From the IMG/VR virus record IMGVR_UViG_3300022468_000344: DNA of 41,352 nt. The stretch is one strand, 5' to 3'. The notes under the pieces were generated by a model that was not told where the DNA came from, did no database searches, and saw only the letters and a list, made by a program, of their open reading frames with translations. Positions within the stretch are counted from its first letter, which is position 1; the number at the start of each line of letters is the position of its first letter. The translations under genes were made by a program, and so were the position numbers. This stretch comes from a virus. Positions 33,634-41,352 of this stretch are shown here, piece by piece.

Positions 33634-33842
33634 GCGTGCAATGCGTAACTTGCAAAAGCTTTTCGCTGAAAAACAAACAAAGCGGCACCTCGCCAATGGC
33701 CGTGCATGGTTTTGGGTATTGCGAGCATGAGGCAACCGGCACATACACAAGCGCACGCTACCAGCGCAATTGCGCCAAACACAAAGAGGCCGCACCCGCG
33801 ACGGTTGAGGCAAGGATTGAATTTTTAACAAAGGGAAAATGA
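33630..33842 (+). CDS. Hypothetical Cys-containing 70-aa protein
   Basis: ATGA overlap. CVTC...C..H pattern. Confidence 0.6.
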   Translation: MSVQCVTCKSFSLKNKQSGTSPMAVHGFGYCEHEATGTYTSARYQRNCAKHKEAAPATVEARIEFLTKGK

Positions 33843-34210
33843 AAATGGAAAACACAATACAGTTACTTGAAAAACACAAAACAGAATTTAGGCCCGGCTT
33901 CACAACTTGGGTAATGCAAAACTGGACGCTTTACTTGGCTTTTGAGGCTGAGGCTTTACACATAGCGCACTCAGGCCGCACGCATTACAGCGCCCGCACC
34001 ATTGGCGAGTATTTGCGCCACCAAACAACGCACCGCGAGATTAACAGCCCGTTTAAGTTAAACGACCACACTATCCCGGACATGGCACGCTTGTTTGCAC
34101 TACGCAACCCGGCACATGCAAGTTTGTTTGCTTACCGAGCCTCACCAAACCGGCCAGCGCCTAAGCATGCCCGCGTTAATGCATTTATGCATGAAAGGGC
34201 GGCGGCATGA
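33839..34210 (+). CDS. Hypothetical 123-aa protein
   Basis: ATGA overlap at both ends. Confidence 0.65.
   Translation: MKMENTIQLLEKHKTEFRPGFTTWVMQNWTLYLAFEAEALHIAHSGRTHYSARTIGEYLRHQTTHREINSPFKLNDHTIPDMARLFALRNPAHASLFAYRASPNRPAPKHARVNAFMHERAAA
34179..34192. promoter_or_regulatory. Operator 14-mer ATGCATTTATGCAT (perfect), intragenic just upstream of rusA
   Basis: Exact reverse-orientation copy of the motif. Confidence 0.5.
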
Positions 34211-34749
34211 ATAAAATTGTTTTTCACATACCCGGCACACCAGTTGGCAAAGGTCGCCCAAAGTTTGCGCGCCGCGGCAATTTTGTAACAGCTTACACAC
34301 CTGAGGAAACCGCCAGTTATGAAAATTTAGTAAAGGTTAAGGCAATGGATGCAATGCGCGGGTGCAAGCCGCTTGAGGGCGCATTGTCGGCGCATATTTA
34401 TTTAATCGTAACCCCGCCGGAAAGTTGGAGCAAAAAGAAAAAAGCCCAGGCACTAAATGGCGAGATTTACCCGACCAGCAAGCCGGACTTGGATAACGTG
34501 ATTAAGGGCATTTTTGACGCCATGAATGAGATTGTTTACAAGGACGACAAGCAAATTATTTCATTGCTATGCATTAAGCGCTACGGCGACACCGCGCATG
34601 CGCAAGTGCAAATCAGTGAATTTGTGGAGGCCGCGCATGACAGCTTACCCAGCACAATTTTACCGCGACCCCAGCGAGATTGTGGATGCAATACGCCGCC
34701 AGCAATGCGACGGGTGCGAGAGCGAGGACGTGATAATGCTGGCCGGTGA
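34207..34749 (+). CDS. rusA: RusA-family Holliday junction resolvase with ~40-aa C-terminal extension
   Basis: GTPVGKGRPKF...KPDLDNVIKGIFDAMNEIVYKDDKQI motifs. The tail overlaps the next gene in another frame. Confidence 0.85.
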   Translation: MNKIVFHIPGTPVGKGRPKFARRGNFVTAYTPEETASYENLVKVKAMDAMRGCKPLEGALSAHIYLIVTPPESWSKKKKAQALNGEIYPTSKPDLDNVIKGIFDAMNEIVYKDDKQIISLLCIKRYGDTAHAQVQISEFVEAAHDSLPSTILPRPQRDCGCNTPPAMRRVRERGRDNAGR

Positions 34750-34849
34750 AAAGGTGCGCTCATGTTCAAAGGGTAAAAAGCACAGCGACAACAGCGGCCA
34801 ACGTTGCAACAATTTTAAGCGTAAAGGGGCAGGCAATGCAGTTAAGTAA
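34637..34849 (+). CDS. Hypothetical Cys-rich 70-aa protein
   Basis: GGAGG 6 nt before ATG 34637 (within listed ORF 34526..34849). CDGC...C...C pattern. Confidence 0.5.
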   Translation: MTAYPAQFYRDPSEIVDAIRRQQCDGCESEDVIMLAGEKVRSCSKGKKHSDNSGQRCNNFKRKGAGNAVK

Positions 34850-34973
34850 TTGGCAGATTTTTGGCTTGGGTATTGTGATTGGCATGTATTTGCTTGCCTC
34901 GCTAGTTGGCGTTGTGCTGGTACTTACAAAGAAAGCCGAGCGCGCAATTGAGGAGGTTTTTAGCAATGAATAA
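34836..34973 (+). CDS. Small membrane protein (45 aa)
   Basis: ATG 34836 within listed ORF 34746..34973. TM helix IFGLGIVIGMYLLASLVGVVLVL. Confidence 0.5.
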   Translation: MQLSNWQIFGLGIVIGMYLLASLVGVVLVLTKKAERAIEEVFSNE

Positions 34974-35580
34974 TCCGATATTCCAAAGCACAAGCCAAGC
35001 AATCCATTTTAGTTTTTTAATTGAGGCATACGAACCCGGCGCCGAAAGTGCAATGGGCAAGATATTGCGCCGGCACTTGGAGGAGCTAGGCATGAGCACT
35101 GGCGAGCGCGAGCCAAGCAGTATTGACTTTGGCGGCCTCAGTGCAATGGAGGTGCGCGGACAAGCGGCCATGATACGCTCAGCAATCAACACGCATTTAA
35201 CGGCGTGCGAGGCGTGGGCAATCAAAGCCAAGTATGGCCAAACCAAAACCATTGAGCGCCACGGCAAGCCCAAGTCTTACGTTTTTACCCCGGAGCGGGT
35301 GCACGCTATGCGCCAGCTTGCACATAACTTGGCGCCGAATTATTCAAGCATACCCAGCAATGCGGTTGTTTGGCTAATTGCAAGGGCATGCGGCGAGCTT
35401 GAGCATGTGCGGCCAACATTTAGGGATATTGAGGAGCAAGCCGGCGGCAGTAAAAGCGAATTGTGCCGGGTGTTTCCTCAGATTAAACACGCATTGCGTG
35501 GCTTGGAAAACCGCGGCATTGATAAGCTAACGCCGATATTTCAACGCGAGGGCATAGTGCCGGATTATGCCCATGCATAA
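34966..35580 (+). CDS. Putative late-gene regulator (Q-position; sigma70 region-4-like C-terminal HTH)
   Basis: GAGGAGG SD before ATG 34966 (listed ORF 34906..35580). C-terminal FRDIEEQAGGSKSELCRVFPQIKHALRGL. It is the last gene before the late promoter and terminator. Confidence 0.5.
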   Translation: MNNPIFQSTSQAIHFSFLIEAYEPGAESAMGKILRRHLEELGMSTGEREPSSIDFGGLSAMEVRGQAAMIRSAINTHLTACEAWAIKAKYGQTKTIERHGKPKSYVFTPERVHAMRQLAHNLAPNYSSIPSNAVVWLIARACGELEHVRPTFRDIEEQAGGSKSELCRVFPQIKHALRGLENRGIDKLTPIFQREGIVPDYAHA

Positions 35581-35594
35581 ATTTATGATGTTTA

Positions 35595-35608
35595 ATGCAT
35601 TTATGCAT
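35595..35608. promoter_or_regulatory. Operator 14-mer ATGCATTTATGCAT (perfect) abutting the late promoter -35
   Basis: Overlaps TTGACA by 1 nt. Confidence 0.6.
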
Positions 35609-35636
35609 TGACACGCTCAGGACAAAAGGGTTAAAT
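35608..35636 (+). promoter_or_regulatory. Late promoter candidate (TTGACA-N17-TTAAAT)
   Basis: Perfect -35 hexamer, 17-nt spacer and a 5/6 match at -10. Confidence 0.55.
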
Positions 35637-35666
35637 AAAACTTACTCTTGCAATAACTCACTCCAA

Positions 35667-35691
35667 AGCCCGCTTAACCGCGGGCTTTTTT
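35667..35691 (+). terminator. Intrinsic terminator ~50 nt downstream of the late promoter (tR'-like)
   Basis: AGCCCGC-ttaacc-GCGGGCT followed by a T-run. Confidence 0.75.
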
Positions 35692-35967
35692 GTATTCTAC
35701 TGACGCCGCGCGGCTAAATTGCAGATGACTGCTAGGAAAGACTAGCGCTTATACGCATGGTTATTAGACCGCAGGGAGCGCCCAGCGGACGCGCACCTAG
35801 TAACCAGCCGTATAAGTTTTTGCACGCGCCAATTAACTGCTTGTATAGAGGAAAGCGCGCGCAACCGTTTTGGGCACCGCTCGGTTATCCATGCCGACCC
35901 TCCCTTTGCTCCTAAGCAATGCGGTGCCCTCCCTAGCATATAGCGCCCTGACATGCGCGTTTCCTCA
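35692..35967 (+). other. ~270-nt noncoding, structure-rich leader segment (candidate cis-RNA or packaging site)
   Basis: No credible plus-strand ORF. 9-bp long-range pairing GGGCACCGC 35872-80 / GCGGTGCCC 35921-29. Duplicated CCCTCCCT. Palindrome GCCGCGCGGC at 35704-13. Confidence 0.3.
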
Positions 35968-35993
35968 CCCCGGCTTAGGCTGGGGATTTTTTT
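35968..35993 (+). terminator. Second intrinsic terminator just before terS
   Basis: CCCCGGC-ttag-GCTGGGG, then A and T7. Confidence 0.7.
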
Positions 35994-36005
35994 ATAAGGC
36001 TGATT

Positions 36006-36530
36006 ATGACGACCGTAAAAAAGCCGTCAAAAGACGGCAAAAAAAAACTAACACCAAAACAAACTCTTTTTGTAAAAGAGTATTTGATTGACTTAAACGC
36101 TACGCAAGCCGCTATACGTGCTGGTTACAGCGAAAAAACGGCCAAAGAAATTGCGGCCGAAAACCTCACAAAACCTAACATTGCCGAGGCAATACAAGCC
36201 GGCATGGCTGAGCGCTCAAAACGCACCGAGATAACCGCAGATTATGTGCTTAACACAATCGTTGAAACGATAGAGCGTTGCAAGCAAGAGATTGAGCCGG
36301 TTTATGAGGGGCGCGGCGACGACCGGCGCTTTACTGGCGAGTTTACGTTTGACAGTGGTGCCGTGCTTAAAGGGTGCGAGTTGCTAGGCAAACATTTGAA
36401 ATTATTTACCGACAAGTTAGAGCTTGGCGGCAAAAACGGCGGGCCAATACAAACCGTTAGCGCGGTTACAAACGACCCCATAGAGGCCGCAAAAGTTTAT
36501 CAAAAGCTTATGGGCGGCGGTAAAGCTTAA
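36006..36530 (+). CDS. terS: Terminase small subunit
   Basis: [45 protein letters not shown] is the classic Terminase_2-type N-terminus. Confidence 0.9.
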   Translation: MTTVKKPSKDGKKKLTPKQTLFVKEYLIDLNATQAAIRAGYSEKTAKEIAAENLTKPNIAEAIQAGMAERSKRTEITADYVLNTIVETIERCKQEIEPVYEGRGDDRRFTGEFTFDSGAVLKGCELLGKHLKLFTDKLELGGKNGGPIQTVSAVTNDPIEAAKVYQKLMGGGKA

Positions 36531-36532
36531 CA

Positions 36533-38122
36533 ATGCCAATTCCATTTAAGTTTGATTTTAAAAACCCTGACTATGTGCAGGTTTTTGAGTGGCGCATTTC
36601 CAAGCTACAAGAGATTAGACAAAACCCCGAAGTTTTGCCGTTTTTGTTTCAGTATTACAAGGCCAATCCAGCCCAATTTATTATTGATTGGGGCATGACG
36701 TTTGACCCTCGCAACGTTGAGCGCAAGTTGCCGGCAAGTATTCCATTTCTGCTTTTCCCAAAACAGGAGGAGTGGATTATTTGGTTTATGGAGCGCTGGC
36801 AAACCCAAGAGCCGGGCATTACCGAGAAAACCCGCGACATGGGCATGAGTTGGCTAACGGTTGCGTTAGCAAGCACGGTTTGCCTTTTCAACGAGGGCGT
36901 GGCCGTAGGCTTTGGCTCCCGCAAAGAGGAGTACGTGGACAAGATAGGCTCGCCAAAATCGTTATTTTGGAAAGCCCGCATGTTTGTTGATTTGCTCCCG
37001 CCTGAGTTTAAGGGTGATTGGGATATTAACAAGCACGCCCCGCACATGCGGATTGTTTTCCCCGGCACTGGCTCAGTGATTACCGGCGAAAGCGGCGACG
37101 GCATAGGCCGCGGCGACCGGGCCAGCTTTTACATTGTTGACGAAAGCGCATTTTTGGAGCGCCCGCAATTAGTGGACGCCTCCCTATCCGCAACAACCAA
37201 TTGCCGCCAAGACATAAGCACGCCAAACGGCATGGGCAACCCATTTGCCCAAAGGCGCCACAGCGGCAAGGTTAAGGTTTTTACATTCCATTGGCGTGAC
37301 GACCCGCGCAAAGATGATGCTTGGTACAACAAGCAAGTCAACGAGCTTGACCCGGTAACAGTAGCCCAAGAGATTGATATTAACTACTCGGCCTCGGTTG
37401 AGGGCGTATTGATACCGTCCGCTTGGGTGCAATCTGCAATCGGCGCGCATACCAAGCTAGGTATTGAGCCAACAGGCAAACGACGCGGCGCTTTGGACGT
37501 TGCCGACGAGGGCGTTGATAAAAACGCATTTGCTGGCCGTCATGGCATTTTGCTGGACTTCTTACAGTCATGGTCGGGCAAAGGTGGCGACATTTACAGC
37601 ACCGTTGTTAAGACTTTTAACATTTGCGACGAGCGCAATTATGCAACGTTTGACTATGACGCTGACGGACTAGGCGCCGGTGTACGTGGCGACGCTAGGG
37701 TGATAAGTGAAGCGCGACAAGATGCAGGTAAAAGCCGCATTTATGACGCACCGTTTAGAGGCTCCGGCCCCGTGCACGACCCCGACGGCGAAATGGTCAA
37801 GGAGCGGAAAAACAAAGATTACTTTGCTAACGCCAAGGCTCAGGCATGGTGGGCGCTACGCATGCGCTTTCAAGCGACGCACCGGGCAGTTGTTGAGGGC
37901 ATGGACGTTGACCCTGACACAATTATTTCAATCGCCCCGGATTTGCCGGAGTTGTCATTGCTGATTATGGAGTTGTCGCAACCAACTTACGCAATCAATC
38001 AAGTTGGCAAAATTGTGGTTGATAAAGCGCCGGACGGCACCAAATCGCCAAACCTAGCCGACGCCGTAATGATTTGTTACCAGCCGGCCTCAAACTCAAT
38101 TGACGTTTGGGAGCATTTGTAA
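36533..38122 (+). CDS. terL: Terminase large subunit
   Basis: 529 aa, directly after terS. It has ATPase-like and nuclease-like halves, including the acidic motif FYIVDESAF. Confidence 0.85.
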   Translation: MPIPFKFDFKNPDYVQVFEWRISKLQEIRQNPEVLPFLFQYYKANPAQFIIDWGMTFDPRNVERKLPASIPFLLFPKQEEWIIWFMERWQTQEPGITEKTRDMGMSWLTVALASTVCLFNEGVAVGFGSRKEEYVDKIGSPKSLFWKARMFVDLLPPEFKGDWDINKHAPHMRIVFPGTGSVITGESGDGIGRGDRASFYIVDESAFLERPQLVDASLSATTNCRQDISTPNGMGNPFAQRRHSGKVKVFTFHWRDDPRKDDAWYNKQVNELDPVTVAQEIDINYSASVEGVLIPSAWVQSAIGAHTKLGIEPTGKRRGALDVADEGVDKNAFAGRHGILLDFLQSWSGKGGDIYSTVVKTFNICDERNYATFDYDADGLGAGVRGDARVISEARQDAGKSRIYDAPFRGSGPVHDPDGEMVKERKNKDYFANAKAQAWWALRMRFQATHRAVVEGMDVDPDTIISIAPDLPELSLLIMELSQPTYAINQVGKIVVDKAPDGTKSPNLADAVMICYQPASNSIDVWEHL

Positions 38123-38136
38123 ACTAGGACTTTTTA

Positions 38137-38277
38137 ATGAGCAAGTTAATGTATAAGCGCGTTGTTGGCGACGTAGGATTTAAAGACGCCGAGCACTGGA
38201 TTACATTACACCCAAATGGTAAAGGCAACGGCAAGGGAACGCCGGCACGGGTGGCAAGCTCAACGGTAAAGTTGTAA
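38137..38277 (+). CDS. 5' fragment (46 aa) of a split gene
   Basis: AGGAC SD 8 nt before ATG 38137. MSKLMYKRVVGDVGFKDAEHWITLHPNGKGNGKG..., stopping at 38275-77. Confidence 0.45.
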   Translation: MSKLMYKRVVGDVGFKDAEHWITLHPNGKGNGKGTPARVASSTVKL

Positions 38278-39629
38278 GCCCTAAAAGCAAAAGCGGTGAA
38301 CGTCGCGGCACTGAAAGCCAGCACGCCCCGGCAATATGGCTTGGCCCTGCTAAGCCTGAGCCAAAAACAAGCGCCTCAGCAGGTGCCGGAGCTACCGCAC
38401 CCGCGACAGCGCCAAAGCCAGTCACGGCACCGACGCCAGCACCAACGGCGCCAACAGTAGCGCCAGCAACCGCACCGGCACCAAGCGACGTTAACCCATA
38501 CGTTAAAGGCTCAAAGGAAAGTTACGAATTTGAGCGAGCAAAAAAGCTTGAGTTGACCAAAAAGGCCAACGAGCTAAGCGAAACAGCAAACACGCTTGAG
38601 GAGCACAAAGCCGCAATGGCGGCGCACCTTGCCGCCCATATCTCATGGAGCGCGTGGAAACAAGCGAGGCCAAAAGAGTTAACCAATCATGCCGCTGGTT
38701 ATCATGCGCATAAAAACATAATTGCAAAGCTTGAGAAAGCGGCCAAAAAAAGCCAGCCACGTAAGAAAAAAGAGGCGCCGGCCGGCCGCTCATTTGCTGA
38801 CGATACACCGGACAGCATACATGCCAAACTCAGTGAAAGCTGGGGGCTTGGATTTGCTAACGGAGTAAAGCAGGGCAAGGCAACCGAGTATTACCGCCAG
38901 CAAATACTGAGAGAGAAAAGCTCAGACCCCGCGGAAATGAAAAAGCGGCTTGAGGAGTATAACCGCCTGCAAGAGCTTGAGAGGAAAGACCCCGGCCACC
39001 GGTTGCGCGGCCATACCTCAATTGATATTACGCAAAAAACTGCCTCAGCAAAAGCAATGCGCGAAATGGTAACGCACGTTGATAACGCAATGGCAACGCT
39101 TCAAGCCTCCGGGTTTGATGTTAAAAAAGCATTAAGCAAGGCAAACGTTAAGCTTGTTGCTGGCTCAACCGGCGCGGCCAACGGCCATGCTTGGGGCGGC
39201 AATGCACTTGGCGGTAGAGGAAACGACGGTTACTTTTCTATAAGCCCGTCAAAGCGCGGCTCGTTTAACGATGAGCAATCGCAACGCCATGAGGCAAGAA
39301 TTGCCGCCGGGCAATCTCGCTGGTCGGTTTCATCCTCAGCCAAAGACCAAACAAGGGCAACCATTGTGCACGAATTAGCGCACGCGCTTGGTTTACGTGA
39401 AAACGTCAAGTCAACCGAGCGGTTGGTTAAGGTAATGGACGAGGTTTTGCCGGACAAAAGCAAGCGCCGTGAGTGGATAAGGCAAAACATAAGCGAGTAC
39501 GCGACAACCAACATAAATGAATTTGATGCGGAGTTAGCCGCAATGGTGACAGACCCGGATTACAAGCGCGGTACGTTGCCGGAGCAATTGGAGGCTCATG
39601 TTGACTGGCTTTTTGAGAAAGTAAAGTAA
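38223..39629 (+). CDS. HExxH (ImmA/IrrE-like zincin) protein; frame open from 38223 with no start before TTG 38553
   Basis: The -1 frame relative to 38137..38277 is open for 330 nt upstream of the listed start. That stretch encodes GGKLNGKVV and an Ala/Pro/Thr linker. HELAH lies at 39369-83, with a downstream NEFDAELAA. Confidence 0.6.
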   Translation, partial: RQRQGNAGTGGKLNGKVVSPKSKSGERRGTESQHAPAIWLGPAKPEPKTSASAGAGATAPATAPKPVTAPTPAPTAPTVAPATAPAPSDVNPYVKGSKESYEFERAKKLELTKKANELSETANTLEEHKAAMAAHLAAHISWSAWKQARPKELTNHAAGYHAHKNIIAKLEKAAKKSQPRKKKEAPAGRSFADDTPDSIHAKLSESWGLGFANGVKQGKATEYYRQQILREKSSDPAEMKKRLEEYNRLQELERKDPGHRLRGHTSIDITQKTASAKAMREMVTHVDNAMATLQASGFDVKKALSKANVKLVAGSTGAANGHAWGGNALGGRGNDGYFSISPSKRGSFNDEQSQRHEARIAAGQSRWSVSSSAKDQTRATIVHELAHALGLRENVKSTERLVKVMDEVLPDKSKRREWIRQNISEYATTNINEFDAELAAMVTDPDYKRGTLPEQLEAHVDWLFEKVK

Positions 39630-39823
39630 TGTTACCTATTCCAAAAGACCCAAATTTTAGAACGCCGGAAGTTAGCGACGAGGAGTTTTACAACCCCGCA
39701 CGCGAGGAGGACGAAACCCTTATCGCTACGGGGGCGTTTGACGACGACATGAGCAAAGGCGAGTTATTGCAAACAGCTTTAAACGACGTGAGGGCTTTAA
39801 CAGAAAAGCTCAAAAACAGATAA
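39629..39823 (+). CDS. Hypothetical acidic 64-aa protein
   Basis: TAATG coupling to the upstream gene. Confidence 0.65.
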   Translation: MLPIPKDPNFRTPEVSDEEFYNPAREEDETLIATGAFDDDMSKGELLQTALNDVRALTEKLKNR

Positions 39824-39837
39824 ACAAGGATTTTTAA

Positions 39838-41292
39838 ATGAGCACTCAGACAACCGACGCAGGCGGCAAAACTATTGTGGCCAAGGTGGCCGATAGTTTC
39901 CAAAACCTGCTTGCGCGGGTGGGCTTGGGTACGCAAAACCAAAACAGCGCCAGCCAATACGGCTTTTCGCCAATCAGCCGCAACCGCATACAACTTGAGT
40001 TTGCTTACCGCTCAAGCTGGATTGCCGGCAAAAGCGTTGACGCTTTCGCGGACGATATGACGCGCGAGGGCGTAACCGTCCAGTGCGACATTGAGCCTGA
40101 CCAATTGGAGCAACTGGAAAAGGCCGCGGGCAAGCTCAAGCTATGGGATGCGGTCAACGATACCGTTAAATGGTCGCGCTTGTATGGCGGCGCTATTGCG
40201 GTAATGCTGATTGACGGCCAAAACCCTAGCACCCCGCTACGCAAAGACACGATACAAAAAGACCAATTCAAGGGCTTGCTAGTGCTTGACCGCTGGATGA
40301 TACAACCCAGCCTTGAGGACTTGGTGACAGACTACGGCCCCGACTTGGGCATGCCTAAGTTTTACACAATACTGGCCGACGCTAAGGCGCTGGTTAACCA
40401 AAAGATACATTACAGCCGCGTACTACGCCTTGACGGCGTGGAGTTGCCTTACTGGCAACGTATTGCTGAGAACGGCTGGGGGCAATCAGTGCTTGAGCGC
40501 TTGTGGGATAGGCTGGTTGCATTTGACAGCACCACCGACGGCGCGGCGCAATTGGTTTACAAAGCGCACTTACGCACTTACAAGGTAAAAGGCTTGCGCC
40601 AAATTATCGGCGCGGGTGGCAAAGCGTTTGACGGCTTGATTGCACAAATTGACGCTATCCGGCAATTCCAAAGCAACGAGGGCTTAACCCTCATGGACGC
40701 CGAGGACGATTTCCAAACGCACCAATACAGTTTCACCGGCCTAAACGACGTGCTTTTACAGTTTGGCCAGCAACTAAGCGGTGCAATTGACATTCCCTTG
40801 GTGCGCTTGTTTGGGCAAAGCCCGGCTGGTTTAAATGCTACCGGTGAAAGCGACTTGCGCAATTACTACGACAGCATTAAGCAACAGCAAGAGCGTAAAT
40901 TGCGCACCGCGGTTGAAACCATTTACGGCGTGTTATACCGCTCAACGTTTGGCGACGCACCGCCTGACAACATGGCGATTATGTTTAACCCGTTATGGCA
41001 AGTTAGCGACACAGAAAAAGCAACCATTGCCAACTCGGTAACGGACGCGGTGACCAAGGCCAGCGATAGTGGATTGATTGACAGACACACAGCGCTTAAA
41101 GAGTTGCGCCAATCCAGCGGCGTAACCGGTGTGTTTAGCAACATTACCGACGAGGATATTAAAGAGGCCGAAAACGAGCCGCCGCCCGACTTTAACGAGG
41201 TAGGCAATGAGGGCGAGGACTTAGACAATGAAACGAACCCGCAACCCGGTACAGGCGAGGCGAGCCGAGAGGATTTACAGCCAGCAACTTAG
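39838..41292 (+). CDS. Portal protein (DUF1073-like)
   Basis: 484 aa, with an AAGGA SD. SWIAGKSVDAFADDMTREG...WSRLYGGAIAVMLIDG resembles DUF1073 portals. It lies between the terminase and Mu F-like genes. Confidence 0.85.
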   Translation: MSTQTTDAGGKTIVAKVADSFQNLLARVGLGTQNQNSASQYGFSPISRNRIQLEFAYRSSWIAGKSVDAFADDMTREGVTVQCDIEPDQLEQLEKAAGKLKLWDAVNDTVKWSRLYGGAIAVMLIDGQNPSTPLRKDTIQKDQFKGLLVLDRWMIQPSLEDLVTDYGPDLGMPKFYTILADAKALVNQKIHYSRVLRLDGVELPYWQRIAENGWGQSVLERLWDRLVAFDSTTDGAAQLVYKAHLRTYKVKGLRQIIGAGGKAFDGLIAQIDAIRQFQSNEGLTLMDAEDDFQTHQYSFTGLNDVLLQFGQQLSGAIDIPLVRLFGQSPAGLNATGESDLRNYYDSIKQQQERKLRTAVETIYGVLYRSTFGDAPPDNMAIMFNPLWQVSDTEKATIANSVTDAVTKASDSGLIDRHTALKELRQSSGVTGVFSNITDEDIKEAENEPPPDFNEVGNEGEDLDNETNPQPGTGEASREDLQPAT

Positions 41293-41352
41293 CCGGCTGG
41301 CCAAGCAAATTGGCCAAATCATTACCGGCTACAAACCAACGGACTTAAACGA
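41228..41352 (+). CDS. 5' part of the Mu F-like head morphogenesis gene (continues at nt 56 via the junction)
   Basis: GAGGA SD 8 nt before ATG 41228. MKRTRNPVQARRAERIYSQQLSRLAKQIGQIITGYKPTDLN, with no stop to the window end, in frame with 3..650. Confidence 0.8.
   Translation, partial: MKRTRNPVQARRAERIYSQQLSRLAKQIGQIITGYKPTDLN
41298..41352. repeat. Terminal overlap copy 2 (identical to 1-55)
   Basis: 55/55 identity. Confidence 0.95.

Noticed and set aside
35742-35954. 70-aa Arg-rich minus-strand ORF upstream of terS (GAGGAA-like SD present).
   Set aside because: Its composition (about 16% Arg), its antisense orientation within the late leader and the lack of a promoter make it unlikely. 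It is kept only as a remote alternative to the noncoding interpretation.
36038-36046. A9 homopolymer in terS as a possible slippage site.
   Set aside because: It encodes an in-frame KKK in a basic N-terminus, and there is no alternative open frame downstream.

Overview
The window is a complete, circularly closed genome of a temperate phage with a contractile tail. Nt 1-55 are identical to nt 41298-41352, so the unique length is 41,297 bp. The host is Gram-negative, because the lysis cassette has embedded Rz/Rz1-type spanins. The SSB looks betaproteobacterial by recollection only; no database search was run.

Layout:
- Plus-strand late operon: terS and terL (36006-38122), a frame-shifted HExxH protein, portal, and a Mu F-like gene that crosses the circular junction. 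It continues with scaffold, decoration and major capsid genes, neck genes, then sheath, tube, chaperone (-1 frameshift) and tape measure. Baseplate, spike and fibre genes follow, and the operon ends with the lysis cassette at 20336.
- Minus-strand block 20394-31580: ssb, small accessory genes, a plus-strand tRNA-Pro(GGG), integrase with a DUF4224-like protein, two unlisted zinc-ribbon mini-ORFs and a Rad50-like hook ATPase. It also holds a TGT/DpdA-like protein, RecT plus a YqaJ-like exonuclease, and a gene in the cI position.
- Plus-strand early-right operon 31870-35580: Cro-like HTH protein, replication genes carrying in-gene iterons, RusA, and a putative late regulator.

Most interesting observations:
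1. A 14-bp ATGCAT-WW-ATGCAT operator network sits on essentially every early, immunity and late promoter.
2. A lambda PR'/Q-like late control region has a promoter, a ~50-nt terminated leader, ~270 nt of structured noncoding sequence and a second terminator.
3. A TGT/DpdA-like protein suggests 7-deazaguanine DNA modification.
4. A secreted-protein gene lies on the opposite strand inside the baseplate operon.
5. A roughly 500-aa HExxH protein gene between terL and portal is split by a -1 frame change.

All family names come from recognising sequence motifs by eye.
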